Of a stretch of DNA of 64,000 nt, positions 19,942 through 31,322 are shown piece by piece. This stretch comes from a candidate division WOR-3 bacterium (GTDB lineage Bacteria; Hydrothermota; 32-111). Under the pieces are notes generated by a model, which did no database searches, was not told the origin of the DNA, and saw nothing but the letters and a program-made list of their open reading frames with translations. The first letter of the stretch is position 1; the number at the start of each line of letters is the position of its first letter. A program made the position numbers and the translations under genes. The DNA lies in assembly GCA_037481815.1 (NCBI GenBank), contig JBBFKX010000001.1, positions 288,001-352,000 on the forward strand, in the 5' to 3' direction.

Positions 19942-20919
19942 ATGTTTTTTATTGTTTCCTTAACTTTAACCCTTCTTGCAATATTTATTTTAGCAAGAAG
20001 GGTTTCAAAAAATAAACTTATTCTTTCAATCATTCTTTTTGTGCTTTCCTTTCTTATAATGTTTTTATCAGATTTTCTACCAGATAAACAAAGGTTCATT
20101 ATCATCAATAGAGAAGATGAAAACTTTCTGATTATAAATGGACAAAGAAAATATGATGTGATAAAAGATTTCTTTAGTTCTTTAAACCCCTATTACATTG
20201 CAGAAACAAGTTCGAAAAATGATATTTTGATCGGTTCAAAAACAAAAAGTTTTAATCTGAAAGGAAAAGTTGATTTTGGTATCGATACAGTTATTCAGGA
20301 TAATATTCTAAAAAAAGTCATATTTAAAAATTTCACACGATTTGATACGACATGTTCAGCAACAATCTTTGTAAAGGACAAGATTTATAATATCCAGTTT
20401 AAAAGTGATACAATTTTTGAATTGGAAGTGAAAAACAATATAGATTCAGTGAAAATTGTCAGTTCTGATGACAATGACTACAACAATTACTATGTTCATA
20501 AAACAAGGTTTCAAATTTTACTGCTTGACGATAATTATACAAAAGGACTTCAAAACCTATCTTTGAAAATCTCTTCCCTTTATGATTCGGTAACATTCAA
20601 TACAGGAATTCTAAAAGAGAATAAAATTCTAAGTTTAAAAAAAGATTATGACGGTATAATATATTTAGGAAAAAGTTCTCCAAACATAATAAACATTCAA
20701 AAAATAAAATATGATGGTATAAATTTGAATTTTTTTAAAAATCTTGAAGAGATTATCAAAAAAATAAAGGAAAAAAGTAAAAGCGTAAAAAATCCTTTCA
20801 ACGATAAAAAAAATTATAAAAATAACACTTTTACAAGATTTTTATTTTTCTTAAAGGGATATTACATTCTGTTTGTTCTGTTTATAGTTTTTTTCCTTAT
20901 CCTTGCGTTTTTATTTTAA
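19942..20919 (+). CDS. Hypothetical membrane protein
   Basis: Two N-terminal hydrophobic helices and one C-terminal helix. No recognisable motif. Confidence 0.6.
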   Translation: MFFIVSLTLTLLAIFILARRVSKNKLILSIILFVLSFLIMFLSDFLPDKQRFIIINREDENFLIINGQRKYDVIKDFFSSLNPYYIAETSSKNDILIGSKTKSFNLKGKVDFGIDTVIQDNILKKVIFKNFTRFDTTCSATIFVKDKIYNIQFKSDTIFELEVKNNIDSVKIVSSDDNDYNNYYVHKTRFQILLLDDNYTKGLQNLSLKISSLYDSVTFNTGILKENKILSLKKDYDGIIYLGKSSPNIINIQKIKYDGINLNFFKNLEEIIKKIKEKSKSVKNPFNDKKNYKNNTFTRFLFFLKGYYILFVLFIVFFLILAFLF

Positions 20920-23900
20920 AAAAACTATTTTTTTCCTGGCAATTACCTTACCCGAAATATCTTTTACTACGACAAATTTAATACCATCATTCTGTAAATC
21001 CAGGGGAAGTTTGTAAATATTTTTTGATAAAAGTTTTTGATGAACAATATTTTTATTTCTTCCAAGGATATCATATATTTCAACAGAGTAGATCCCATTC
21101 TCTTTTATGTTGATATAAAAATACTTACTCGACGGTAAAGGTTCAACATCTATTGAAACCTGTTCCTGCTCTTCTTTTACATCATATAAGAATTTACTCT
21201 TCAATTTTGGTTTCTCTTTAGTGAATTTCAAAGCAACACCATTTTTTATCAAACCCTGTCCATTTATATCTGTAAAGGAATCACCTGAAAAAGAGAGCGA
21301 TGTAAAATCTGAAAACTGGATGCCTGATATGAATCTGTTTGCATCTGAGACATTCTTGAAATACACCGTAACAGATGAAGTATCTATTGCTACCACAAAA
21401 GTATTTTCAAGGTAATCGGTTGTTCTAACCTTGTTGAAATATATCAAATATGAAAAGTTCGTTGTATCAAAATAGGTAAATATGTTGTTGTAAGTTTCAC
21501 TATTTTTCGTGAAAGTATCATAATAATATGAAGGTCTGAAATCAGCCCAACAGAAAACGATTGAATTCAATGAAGAAAGATAATTTGATGGCAAGACCGT
21601 TGGAGTAAAAAGGAGGTTATCAAGTTTTGTAAACGAAATAATTCCGTTTGTGTTAATGTATATAGAATCCCTTTCGAGTCCAAAAAATTTGAATTTAAAA
21701 GGAAGTTTTATCAAAAATGTTGTATCATCTCTTGCTTCAATTTGTTTGAACTTCAAGGAATCAAGATTGTAATCTATAAAATCTGGTGAGTTCTCAAGGT
21801 AATCCATACTGTTCGTGTAAATATAGTAACCTTTATAAGGACCATAGTATTGTGGTTTTTTTATGTATATGAAAGGTAATGTTTGTTCAACAATCTTTTC
21901 CCAATCACCCATTTTTATTTTAAAGGATACCTTACAAACTTTTGAAAGGTTTGACGGTGAAAAGACATCAAAATCCACAACAGTTGAAGTTTTTGGCATG
22001 AGTGATTCAATGATGTATTCTCCATTTTCTATATATAGATCGGATGATGAGAGTAAAATTTTTAAATCTTTAACCTGAAGAAGCGAATTGTTGCTAATTT
22101 TGAAAAATACTTTTGAGTAGAGATTTTTCGGGACACCTTCCAATGTATCATTTTCAAATATAGAATAAAGAAAACTGATCGAAAAATCTGGAGTCATTAT
22201 ACTTAAAGGTATACTGCTTACAATCGTATCTACTCCTGACACAGTAAAAACGGTGCAGATATCGCTTATCAAAGAATCTGTAAAATCTTTTATTTTTATA
22301 ACCAACCCTTTATCAAACTTATAAAGTGATTCACTTTCGAGTGGTGGGATCTTCAATGTATCTGTTATTATCTCTATATTCGATGATCCGCTTCTGAAAA
22401 ATACTTCTGAGGAATCTGAAGATGAATCTCCAAAATTTTTAAATGTTAAATCAAAAAAGAAAGAATCCAGATAATAATCTGTTAAGAAATACTCCTTCAA
22501 AGTTACAAAAGGACCAGAATCGATCAGAACAACTGTATCACAGAAAAGTTTTCTACCTTCAATGAATGTATACAAACTGAGTGTATCGCCTGCAACTGAG
22601 GTCGTGTTAAGATAAAGAGTTGAAGGTGAACTTAAAAAGTTCGAATCGATTAAAAGTGTACTGTTTTTAAAAAGCCCGATAAAAATCGGTGAATTCAAAC
22701 TTCCATTAAAATCGATTTTCAGATCAAAAGTTTTATTGAATGGAGTATACCTATCAAAATTTTTTGAAAAATTGTAAATCGATCTGTTTCCTAAAAATCT
22801 TTCGGGAGTTGAGAAAAAGTTGTATCTTTCCAAATAACCCCTTGTTAAAGAGTTATCTCCAAAATAGTTGAAATACGATTTTTTTGCTTTGTTGTAGATA
22901 TCAAAAATGTATCCAAAATTTTTTAAAGAATCGATGAAATATCTCTGTAAAACATCATCTTCGATCCAGTATGTTTCAACAGAAGAACCAACAAAGGAAA
23001 TTGAACCTTTCGAGTTTTTTGAAAGCCAACTGTTACCAAAAAAGTTTGTGTAAGAAAAATTACCGGTCAAACATGCAAATGAAAATATATCGGGGAAAAT
23101 TGAATTATGTAAACTCTCTATATCTGAATCATAAAAAGTTGGCCCAGCCCAGTAATAGGTTGCTCCATGTCCTGAATAAACAACCACATCCTTCCCTCTG
23201 TTTACAGCACTATCGATCTTTGTCCCGGTCTGATAATAAGCAAAAAATGAGTCGGTAAGGAAATTAACATTTCTCAAAACATTCATCGAATAGATGTGTG
23301 TTGACTCAACAAGTTGATGATAACCTCCATCATCAGTTGCGATAAAATATGACGAAGGGGTTCTATATAAATCATCGTTTAAAAGAAAGTTTTTGTAGTT
23401 GTTAAGATAATTTTTTAAAGATGTAGTATCAGAAAATGGTAACCGTGAAACAGTTATGTCAGGAAGATAATCGATAGTATCGATAAGAGAATAGTAAAGA
23501 TCAGTAGGAGAAGCGTTATCCCCTGTTCCATATTCGAAAGGAATCATCGTTGAATTTCCAAGAAGAAGCAAAAATGAAAATTGTTCCTGATTATATTTTG
23601 ATTTTATAAAGTTTTTTATATCAAGTGCAGTTGAACCTATATTCGCTTTATTTTCAAATATTGGTTGATAACCTCGTACAAGATAAAAACTTTTTAAATT
23701 TAAGGTATCATTTTTAAAAATCGTATCATATATTATCAAAACTTTCCTGTTTATCGACTTATCCGACTTTTTTTTCGAATAATCGACCTCTATAGTTTTT
23801 ACTATCAAAATGTTTCTTGAAGGGATATAATCAAAAGGATATATCTCCAACACATTATTTTTAAATGAAAAATCTTTTTCAATAAGTTTTTTGTTATAAT

Positions 23901-24249
23901 TATAAATTTTTTCATCAGGTTTAATCTTTGTTTCAAAAATTTTGTTTTTGCTAACTGGTTCTAATATTGGAAGTAATCTTTTATTTAATTTTAAACTTTC
24001 CTCTTTTACAACTCTGATTTCATATATTCTATCAACATCAAGTTCCCTTATAACAGGGATCTGGGGGAACCCTGCTTTTTCAGAAATCAATTGATAGTTT
24101 GAAACAATTTTAATGTAACCAAACTCATCCTTTAAAGAGTATATCGGTTTTATCTCTCTACTCTCTAAAAAAGGAAATAGAAAGATAAATACAGTTAAAA
24201 ATCTGATCCTAAAGAAATATGATAATGTGTTTCTTTTGAAATTCTCCAT
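20911..24249 (-). CDS. Secreted C25 (gingipain-like) cysteine peptidase with a T9SS-CTD-like tail
   Basis: Propeptide-like GFPQIP, TDLYY...PDITVSRL, catalytic YSGHG and FACLTG, nidogen-like INTNG..WAD, C-terminal IYDILGR...GIKFV...KKIVFLK. Start codon uncertain. Confidence 0.85.
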   Translation of the reverse strand: MENFKRNTLSYFFRIRFLTVFIFLFPFLESREIKPIYSLKDEFGYIKIVSNYQLISEKAGFPQIPVIRELDVDRIYEIRVVKEESLKLNKRLLPILEPVSKNKIFETKIKPDEKIYNYNKKLIEKDFSFKNNVLEIYPFDYIPSRNILIVKTIEVDYSKKKSDKSINRKVLIIYDTIFKNDTLNLKSFYLVRGYQPIFENKANIGSTALDIKNFIKSKYNQEQFSFLLLLGNSTMIPFEYGTGDNASPTDLYYSLIDTIDYLPDITVSRLPFSDTTSLKNYLNNYKNFLLNDDLYRTPSSYFIATDDGGYHQLVESTHIYSMNVLRNVNFLTDSFFAYYQTGTKIDSAVNRGKDVVVYSGHGATYYWAGPTFYDSDIESLHNSIFPDIFSFACLTGNFSYTNFFGNSWLSKNSKGSISFVGSSVETYWIEDDVLQRYFIDSLKNFGYIFDIYNKAKKSYFNYFGDNSLTRGYLERYNFFSTPERFLGNRSIYNFSKNFDRYTPFNKTFDLKIDFNGSLNSPIFIGLFKNSTLLIDSNFLSSPSTLYLNTTSVAGDTLSLYTFIEGRKLFCDTVVLIDSGPFVTLKEYFLTDYYLDSFFFDLTFKNFGDSSSDSSEVFFRSGSSNIEIITDTLKIPPLESESLYKFDKGLVIKIKDFTDSLISDICTVFTVSGVDTIVSSIPLSIMTPDFSISFLYSIFENDTLEGVPKNLYSKVFFKISNNSLLQVKDLKILLSSSDLYIENGEYIIESLMPKTSTVVDFDVFSPSNLSKVCKVSFKIKMGDWEKIVEQTLPFIYIKKPQYYGPYKGYYIYTNSMDYLENSPDFIDYNLDSLKFKQIEARDDTTFLIKLPFKFKFFGLERDSIYINTNGIISFTKLDNLLFTPTVLPSNYLSSLNSIVFCWADFRPSYYYDTFTKNSETYNNIFTYFDTTNFSYLIYFNKVRTTDYLENTFVVAIDTSSVTVYFKNVSDANRFISGIQFSDFTSLSFSGDSFTDINGQGLIKNGVALKFTKEKPKLKSKFLYDVKEEQEQVSIDVEPLPSSKYFYINIKENGIYSVEIYDILGRNKNIVHQKLLSKNIYKLPLDLQNDGIKFVVVKDISGKVIARKKIVFLK

Positions 24250-27026
24250 AAATCTGTATTTTTTGCTATATCAAATTTTAAAATTGCAAGGTAGAGATTC
24301 ATCCTTACACCGATTCCAAATCCTAATTTTAGATCATCCAGAAGAAGATCTGATGTGATCAACCTTAATTTTTTCAAATCATCCTTTGCAAATCCAAAAT
24401 CAGCAAAGAGAACACCTCTTATGTTATAAAGTCCAATATTCAAAAATGAAAATTTGATTGCATCTATTAGTGGGAATCTCCATTCATTGTTAGAATAACC
24501 AACGACTTTCCCAAAGAACTGATTATCAGAATAACCTCTCAAACTTCCCGCACCTCCAATATAAGAGTACATAGGATAGGGACCAAAATTTTGAGAGTAA
24601 TAAAATTTTGTAGCGAACTGACTTCTTGGAGTTGTTACAAAATATTTCCTTAAATCGAATGAATAGAACCCTCCATTATAGGATAAATTTGAACTATCAG
24701 TAAAAAGATCAAGAGAAAAACCAAGATCAAACCTTGCGAGTTCTCCGTTGACAGGTCCATACTCTCCCCATATCGCGTTATCATAAACAAAAGAAATGAT
24801 ATGGTTGGTAAAAAGAGATGAATAAATGTTAGAAACAATAGTTGTGTCTATGTAATACTCGTTAAAATCTAAAGAATACTTGAAAAGATCATTCTCAAAA
24901 TCGATCCTTTTGTATCTATCTAAAGGATACCTTAAAAGTATTCCACCACCATTATAAGATTGTGATATTGTTGAATAAAAATTGTACAGGTATTCCTCTT
25001 TGAGGTTGAAATAGAGAAATGCAAAATCTAATCTATTTTTCAAATACCAGTACTGGAAAGAAAAATAACCTGTTCCTGTAATCGAAAGTTTTTGCATCTG
25101 AATATATATTCTGTTGTCACCCATAATATCACTGATCCCAACATCCAACAGTCCTAAAAACCCAGAGATGGGTGAATAGGAAAAGGCCCCTGCTGCCCAG
25201 TCAACTGAAAATGTTAAAGGTATGTTTTTCGATTGATAAACAGTTTTTTTGTTTTCAAAATTAACACTTTTTAAAACATAATCGTTAAAACCTTTTTCAC
25301 TTTTTATTTCATAATTATTTTCAAGTGGATTCTGTATTAAAATAACATCCATTGAAAATCTTCTAAAATAGGATACTGTCATCTTTGAGAGATCTGATGT
25401 GATTGTTGGATTGAATAATCCGGTTACACTATTCGTTAACCTTCTTATTTCCTTTGTTTTTAGATTGTAAAGATAAACATCAGATACAAAATCAATGTAA
25501 GAGGAAAAAAGTATCAAAGAATCGTTAACAGGATAAAACCTTTTTCCGAGTTTATAACCAATTTCAACTTTTTCAACTTTTTTCGAATTCAAATATAATC
25601 TGTAAAGTTTATAATCACCATAGTTCCAGACACCTTCGAAAAATTCTCTATCACTTAAAAAAATTATAGTCGTATCGTTATAAAAGAAAGGAGAAATATC
25701 ATCAAAGATATCTTCGGTTAAAACCTCTTCTTTTGCGTTCGTTAGGTCGTATATACATATATCGTTTCTTCCATCATTCTGTTTTGTATAAACTATTCTC
25801 TTGTTATCAAAGTCAAGAGATGGAGAGTAAACTCCATCACCGTTGATTTTGATTTTTTTTGAAATCTTTTCTTTTTCAACATCATATAAAAATATTATTT
25901 CATCTTTCCCTGCTCTTAAAGAAAATACAAGGTATTTACTATCTTTTGACCAGTTGAGATTCCCATAATCGAGATGAAATGATTCATAATTTCTAACAAA
26001 ATTTCTTGGCAAGATTTTCTTTTTTTTATCCGGATTAAAAACGGGAAGGATATATATATCAAAATAACCATATTTCTCACTTATGAAAGCAACATAGTTA
26101 CCATCAGGAGAAATTGAAGGTGAAACATTGTAGTTGGAAGTTTTAATAAAATCACCAAGAACCGACTTCCCACCAGATACAAAAAGTTCTCTTACTTTGA
26201 CGAGTGGGAAATATCTTTCTTTTAAATAAACTTTAAAATCAGAATCAAGTTTTTCTATACTTATTCCACACTTTCTCTCAAGTGACTTATAAAATGATTT
26301 TGTATTCTTTAAATCCTTATAGATTTCTGGTATTTTTTCTCTACCATATTTTTCTGAAATGTATTTTAAAACCATCTGCCCTGCTTTATAGATATAATAA
26401 CCACCATAGTAAGAGGAAAGTGTGACAAGATCAATATAACCATCATTCAATATCGCATCCCTCATATACATATCACTCTCTTCATCAAACTCAACAGAAT
26501 AGAACTCAGCAGAACCTTCAATGAACCACAGAGGAATATCGTAAACAACCGATCCAATTATAGCGGATGTGCCACTTCCCTCATATAAAAGTTGAAATTG
26601 CAGAGCGTGAACCAACTCATGGTTTACAACATGTCTTAAATCTTCATAAGATCCTGTAAAAGGTAAAACGACTCTGTTTTTGACAGATTCTGTAAAACCA
26701 CCAACAAATTCATCAAGAATTTCAACTGTTATGTTTGTCTCTTCAAAATCCTTATGTGAATTGTAAAGAACGATAGGAATTTTATTTTTTATCTTGTAGT
26801 TGAACTCCTCTTGCAATCTTGTTATCGAAGATTCAGCAACTATTGAAACGAAATTGAACAACGATTCTGCGCCCTGATAATAATAAATGTTGAAATGTTC
26901 AGTATAGCCAACCTTCCATTTATAATCTTTATACTGGATTTTATTTTTTCCAAAGTTTGTCGTTTGAGAAAACGTTGAAAGAGACAAAACAAAAAGAAAA
27001 AGAAAAAGAAAAATCATTTTTTTCAT
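24195..27026 (-). CDS. Omp85-family protein with N-terminal zinc peptidase (MA-like) and PD40/TolB-like propeller
   Basis: FGKNKIQY, HELVH...WFIEGSAE, SISPDG repeats, IGGAGSLRGY, EWRFP, terminal LGSDF. Confidence 0.85.
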   Translation of the reverse strand: MKKMIFLFLFLFVLSLSTFSQTTNFGKNKIQYKDYKWKVGYTEHFNIYYYQGAESLFNFVSIVAESSITRLQEEFNYKIKNKIPIVLYNSHKDFEETNITVEILDEFVGGFTESVKNRVVLPFTGSYEDLRHVVNHELVHALQFQLLYEGSGTSAIIGSVVYDIPLWFIEGSAEFYSVEFDEESDMYMRDAILNDGYIDLVTLSSYYGGYYIYKAGQMVLKYISEKYGREKIPEIYKDLKNTKSFYKSLERKCGISIEKLDSDFKVYLKERYFPLVKVRELFVSGGKSVLGDFIKTSNYNVSPSISPDGNYVAFISEKYGYFDIYILPVFNPDKKKKILPRNFVRNYESFHLDYGNLNWSKDSKYLVFSLRAGKDEIIFLYDVEKEKISKKIKINGDGVYSPSLDFDNKRIVYTKQNDGRNDICIYDLTNAKEEVLTEDIFDDISPFFYNDTTIIFLSDREFFEGVWNYGDYKLYRLYLNSKKVEKVEIGYKLGKRFYPVNDSLILFSSYIDFVSDVYLYNLKTKEIRRLTNSVTGLFNPTITSDLSKMTVSYFRRFSMDVILIQNPLENNYEIKSEKGFNDYVLKSVNFENKKTVYQSKNIPLTFSVDWAAGAFSYSPISGFLGLLDVGISDIMGDNRIYIQMQKLSITGTGYFSFQYWYLKNRLDFAFLYFNLKEEYLYNFYSTISQSYNGGGILLRYPLDRYKRIDFENDLFKYSLDFNEYYIDTTIVSNIYSSLFTNHIISFVYDNAIWGEYGPVNGELARFDLGFSLDLFTDSSNLSYNGGFYSFDLRKYFVTTPRSQFATKFYYSQNFGPYPMYSYIGGAGSLRGYSDNQFFGKVVGYSNNEWRFPLIDAIKFSFLNIGLYNIRGVLFADFGFAKDDLKKLRLITSDLLLDDLKLGFGIGVRMNLYLAILKFDIAKNTDLWRISKETHYHISLGSDF

Positions 27027-27520
27027 ATTATTTTCCCCAAAATGTACCCTATGAGAATACCAAATAGTAAGGTTGTTGTAAAAGATCTCGATTTTAACAT
27101 CTCCATTTTATAACCTTTTCTTAAAGCAAAAAAACTCACAAGGTATGTAATTCCATTCAAAAGGATTATAAAAGGTAAAGATATGATTTTAACAAGGACT
27201 GGACCGATAATGGGAACAAGAGCAAGAAGCGCAAGGAGTTCAGTAAACATATGGGTTATCATTCCAACAATAAGTATCAGAAGTGCTGCGATCGGCTTGT
27301 TCAAATTGAATTCAAAAACGATAAAAACGAGTAAAAGGAGTGTTAAAAATATCAGGATAAGGAGTTTATTCCTTTTGTAGTAATCTTTGAAAAATTTGAT
27401 TTTTTCTTCTTTTGATTTAATAAAAAGAATATCAAAATATTTAAAAACTCCCATTATTGAAAGTGTGTCGTAAACATTCTGGAAGAAACCTTTGAAAAAA
27501 TTTTTTATTATTCCAATCAA
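27023..27520 (-). CDS. Hypothetical integral membrane protein
   Basis: Several TM segments; coupled ATGA overlap. Confidence 0.65.
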   Translation of the reverse strand: MIGIIKNFFKGFFQNVYDTLSIMGVFKYFDILFIKSKEEKIKFFKDYYKRNKLLILIFLTLLLLVFIVFEFNLNKPIAALLILIVGMITHMFTELLALLALVPIIGPVLVKIISLPFIILLNGITYLVSFFALRKGYKMEMLKSRSFTTTLLFGILIGYILGKII

Positions 27521-28155
27521 AATTTCACTCCAATATTGAATTTAAATCCATTGAAATCAACTTCACTTTCAACATTAACTTTTCTTTTTTCGTTCGATAC
27601 AAAATAAGTATATATCCCACTGATTATATGGTTAAGTGAAATCGCAATAACAGTATAGTAAGATAATTGCTTCAATTCTCTTGAACTTTTTCTGAGGTTA
27701 GAATAGAACAATCTTGCAGAATCTGAAACGAATTCCCAACCAAGAGAATCTGGAACTATATTTTTGTTTATATAATCGAGTTGTTTTTCATAGTCATCAG
27801 GATAGAGTGTTCTTGCTTTTGTAATGATTTTTGTGTTGTACTCCTTATATGAAGTATAAAATTCCATTTTTGTTAACAGATTTTCAGGATAATTTGAAAT
27901 GTTCCTTGAAAGAGTATAGGATGCAAAGTTTAAAGCATTTTCATTTGTTTGTTTTGAATTTATTGTTAGATATGAAAAAAATGGTAAAAGTATTACTTCA
28001 GACGCTATAAATGGTATTGAGTTTATTTTCTTTTCTATACCCCATAATCCATATCCAGGGATAACAAGTGATTTACCCGCATCGAAAAAAACTTCCTTTT
28101 GAACCTGTGAAAATATTAAAAAAGGAAAAATGATTATCAACAGTATTTTTTTCAT
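27517..28155 (-). CDS. Exported hypothetical protein
   Basis: Signal peptide, SLVIPGYG motif, C-terminal FNIGVKF. Confidence 0.65.
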   Translation of the reverse strand: MKKILLIIIFPFLIFSQVQKEVFFDAGKSLVIPGYGLWGIEKKINSIPFIASEVILLPFFSYLTINSKQTNENALNFASYTLSRNISNYPENLLTKMEFYTSYKEYNTKIITKARTLYPDDYEKQLDYINKNIVPDSLGWEFVSDSARLFYSNLRKSSRELKQLSYYTVIAISLNHIISGIYTYFVSNEKRKVNVESEVDFNGFKFNIGVKF

Positions 28156-31100
28156 CTTATAACTCCGAAATTAAAATTTCTATAAAGAGTTCTCTCTCCA
28201 TCAGTAAGCATTAATCTGAGTTTATAAAAACCGGGAGCAAGATAGTCGAAAGAAAGATCAACTTCATTAACTCCTAATTTTGCTTTGTATTTTGGTGATG
28301 AATATTTTAAAGTTTTACTTTGATCGAATACCATAAACGAATATTCTTTAGCTGATTGAGTTGAAAATCTTAACTTTATTTTACCATTTGTTGGATTCGG
28401 ATACATATAATTGTTTCCATCTTCAACCAAAAGTAAATCACCTGATACTTTATTCGATGAATATTTAAAATACCTGTTATTTGAATTAGAGTAATGCAAA
28501 CCGTTCCAATTTTTACCATTAATTTTGGATTTTAACTCAAAGGCAATAATTGTCGAATCAGCGCAGGCAACAATGTCAACAAGCGAATCGTTATCAATAT
28601 CACAAACAAGAGGTGTTGAATTTGAATATTGACCTGTTGACAAAGGAAATCCTGGTGTTGGATTTTTATTTGAATACGAAACAAGGAGTCCATTTTTTGT
28701 ATGAACAAGAATCTCATTTATACCATCATCGTCAAGGTCAACAGATAAGGGAGAAGATTGGATTTCTTCTGAAAATCTTTTTGGGAAACCGTTTACAATG
28801 TTTCCGTTAAAATCAAGAAGGTATAGATTTTTTTGTGCTATAAGCGCGATTTCAAAAAGTCCATCGTTGTTATAATCTATCGGAACAGGAGAAGAATAAA
28901 AGTTTTCAAACGGAAGTTTTTTTGTACTTTTTACCTCTCCAGAAAGTGAAGAAATCACAAAGAAAGTTCCATCACCTCTTACAAAAACGATTTCAACTAT
29001 TGAATCTCCATCAACATCGATAGCAACAGGTGATGAAGTTGTTGGGTATGGATATTCAGTTTTTGAATAGTAGAGTTCGTTCAGATCAAAATCAAAAAAT
29101 CTTACAACACCATCAAATCCAAGAGTTACTATTCTGTCATCAAGAACTATGGGTAAAGACCATGATGAGGAGTTTAGATATGTTGAATCTTTTTTATAAA
29201 AACCTGATAAAGAATCAAAATCGAGTAGATAAAGAAACATGTTTTCAGAAGTGATTAAAACTTCTTCAAAACTATCCTTATCTATATCATAAAGTACAGG
29301 TGAAGAAACAATTTTACCATCAAGATTAACGGGTGAGTTTTTTAAGGGCAGGAAATATCCTGCTGGATTAAGAGTATCGGTTCTAAGAAGGTGAACATTC
29401 CCATCATAGTCGGTAAACGATATTTCATCACCACCACTATTTGCAACATTTCCAACTGCAATGGTTGAATAGGAAAAAGAGTTAACATTGAAATTCCCAA
29501 CGATACCAGTCGAACCGGAAAGTGGTTTCCCCTCTTTATCTATTGCATACAACTCTCCATTTTCAGTTTGAACGATTATATAATACTTCCCATCTTTTTT
29601 CAAAATTTTTGGACTATTCACATCCGGGGCTGATCTTAGAGCAAATGGATATCCTTGCCTTCTATAATCGAACAGAACTGAAAAAGACATAACCGTGTCA
29701 GAATTCGATATGTTGTAAATATATATATGTGTTTTCCCTGAATTGTTTGCATCAGTATTCGGATATGTCTTAGGGCTAAACTGATTTGACACACCACCTG
29801 ATCTGAAAAGATCCTCATAGGTTCCATAAAATGTCTTATCCCAATCAACAACATCATAGAATGAGAGTTCAAAATCCTGAACTCTGTCGGCTTCTTCCAT
29901 ATCAACACCGAGTACAGGACCAGCATTGATCATATTATAACCTGAATCGTTTGCTATGATCGTTTCGTCTATATGATAAATCGCAAGACCACCTGAATCT
30001 ATTGGACATGGAAGGGATATATCGTAATCGTTGATCTTTACAAGAACTCCATCCTTCCAGACCCTAAAACCATTGGAATCTGGAGTATTCGATAGAGTAT
30101 CCTTTGAAGAATAAGCGAATCTATTTTCGATCAAAAAATATTCATGTGAATTTAATGGGATTTTATAAAATTTGATCGAAGTATCCTCATCTGAACCAAG
30201 ATATTTTATCCTTAAACCTGTTGTATCCTTATAGATCGTTTTCGTCTGATTAAAATAGATCCAGTTTGAATAATCGTTGTTCGGTTTTGTGTTAAATCTA
30301 CTTACACTGTTGTAACCACCCTGGTGTGGTGGGACAAGGCCTGCAAGATTCCAGTTTCCAGTCCCCTGTAAATTCCACCCACCCATCCCCATTCTTCTGT
30401 TTGAGGTATCATACATGTCAAATATCCCGAGTTGATGGGCAAACTCATGAACGAGTCCCCCCTGAATAAAGGCATAACCTCCATCCTGAAACGCTGTTTC
30501 AGAATAGATTACACCATCCTCAAAACTTTTACCACCAACAGTTATCGGTTCACCAAAAATATAAGAAGCTCCTTGAATATAAACAGCAGGTATATCGAAA
30601 GGAGAATCTCCATAGTAATCTGTTTGCCACATACTTCCTGCATGGAACACGATAACAGCATCAAATTTATTAAAATCTATTCCACCAGAGATTTCTGCCT
30701 CTTTTAAAGCATCTCTTAAAAGATAGAACATTCCATATACGATATTCAGTGTATCACCATAAAACTGCATCTGATGTTTTACAGTATAACAATCATGAAG
30801 TCCTTTTGGGTATATTTCAAAATCCACATAGAGTTTACCTCTTGAATCATCAAGATAATAATTTCTCAAAGCTTCCATCTGTCTATAAAAATACAACGAA
30901 TCGTGTGGTGGTTTATAATAGATGTTCATACTCGTATCGATAAGAGTATCACCCCCCTGAACGATCGTATCAACAACATAAATGCTTTCGATTGATCTTC
31001 TCAAATCCATCTTGCCATTACCTGTTGTCAATGATGTGGTGTCCTCGAGAAATTCAACTTTTAAGACAAGAACTCTTATCGTATCCTGACCTTTTTTTTG

Positions 31101-31304
31101 AAAATCAATAATACTTCTTTTTGAAGGTTGAAAAAATATGGGGTTACTTTTCTTTAGATCATAAGTTTTTTTATTTGCTTTAACAAAAAAATCAACATTC
31201 TTTTGAGAATACTTTTTATAAAACTCAATATCATTAAGTTCAAGTGAGTTTAGAAGCGAAAAAAATAAGAAAATCGATAAATAAAGCAAAAAATTCTTTT
31301 TCAA
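28152..31304 (-). CDS. Secreted M6 (immune inhibitor A-like) metalloprotease with FG-GAP repeats and a T9SS-CTD-like tail
   Basis: HEFAHQLGIFD, EYFLIENR, GLAIYHID, DIDKD/DVDGD/DLDDDG repeats, YPNP...LAPGFY C-terminus. TTG start after GGAGG. Confidence 0.88.
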   Translation of the reverse strand: MKKNFLLYLSIFLFFSLLNSLELNDIEFYKKYSQKNVDFFVKANKKTYDLKKSNPIFFQPSKRSIIDFQKKGQDTIRVLVLKVEFLEDTTSLTTGNGKMDLRRSIESIYVVDTIVQGGDTLIDTSMNIYYKPPHDSLYFYRQMEALRNYYLDDSRGKLYVDFEIYPKGLHDCYTVKHQMQFYGDTLNIVYGMFYLLRDALKEAEISGGIDFNKFDAVIVFHAGSMWQTDYYGDSPFDIPAVYIQGASYIFGEPITVGGKSFEDGVIYSETAFQDGGYAFIQGGLVHEFAHQLGIFDMYDTSNRRMGMGGWNLQGTGNWNLAGLVPPHQGGYNSVSRFNTKPNNDYSNWIYFNQTKTIYKDTTGLRIKYLGSDEDTSIKFYKIPLNSHEYFLIENRFAYSSKDTLSNTPDSNGFRVWKDGVLVKINDYDISLPCPIDSGGLAIYHIDETIIANDSGYNMINAGPVLGVDMEEADRVQDFELSFYDVVDWDKTFYGTYEDLFRSGGVSNQFSPKTYPNTDANNSGKTHIYIYNISNSDTVMSFSVLFDYRRQGYPFALRSAPDVNSPKILKKDGKYYIIVQTENGELYAIDKEGKPLSGSTGIVGNFNVNSFSYSTIAVGNVANSGGDEISFTDYDGNVHLLRTDTLNPAGYFLPLKNSPVNLDGKIVSSPVLYDIDKDSFEEVLITSENMFLYLLDFDSLSGFYKKDSTYLNSSSWSLPIVLDDRIVTLGFDGVVRFFDFDLNELYYSKTEYPYPTTSSPVAIDVDGDSIVEIVFVRGDGTFFVISSLSGEVKSTKKLPFENFYSSPVPIDYNNDGLFEIALIAQKNLYLLDFNGNIVNGFPKRFSEEIQSSPLSVDLDDDGINEILVHTKNGLLVSYSNKNPTPGFPLSTGQYSNSTPLVCDIDNDSLVDIVACADSTIIAFELKSKINGKNWNGLHYSNSNNRYFKYSSNKVSGDLLLVEDGNNYMYPNPTNGKIKLRFSTQSAKEYSFMVFDQSKTLKYSSPKYKAKLGVNEVDLSFDYLAPGFYKLRLMLTDGERTLYRNFNFGVIR

Positions 31305-31322
31305 AAAACCTCCATTTATATA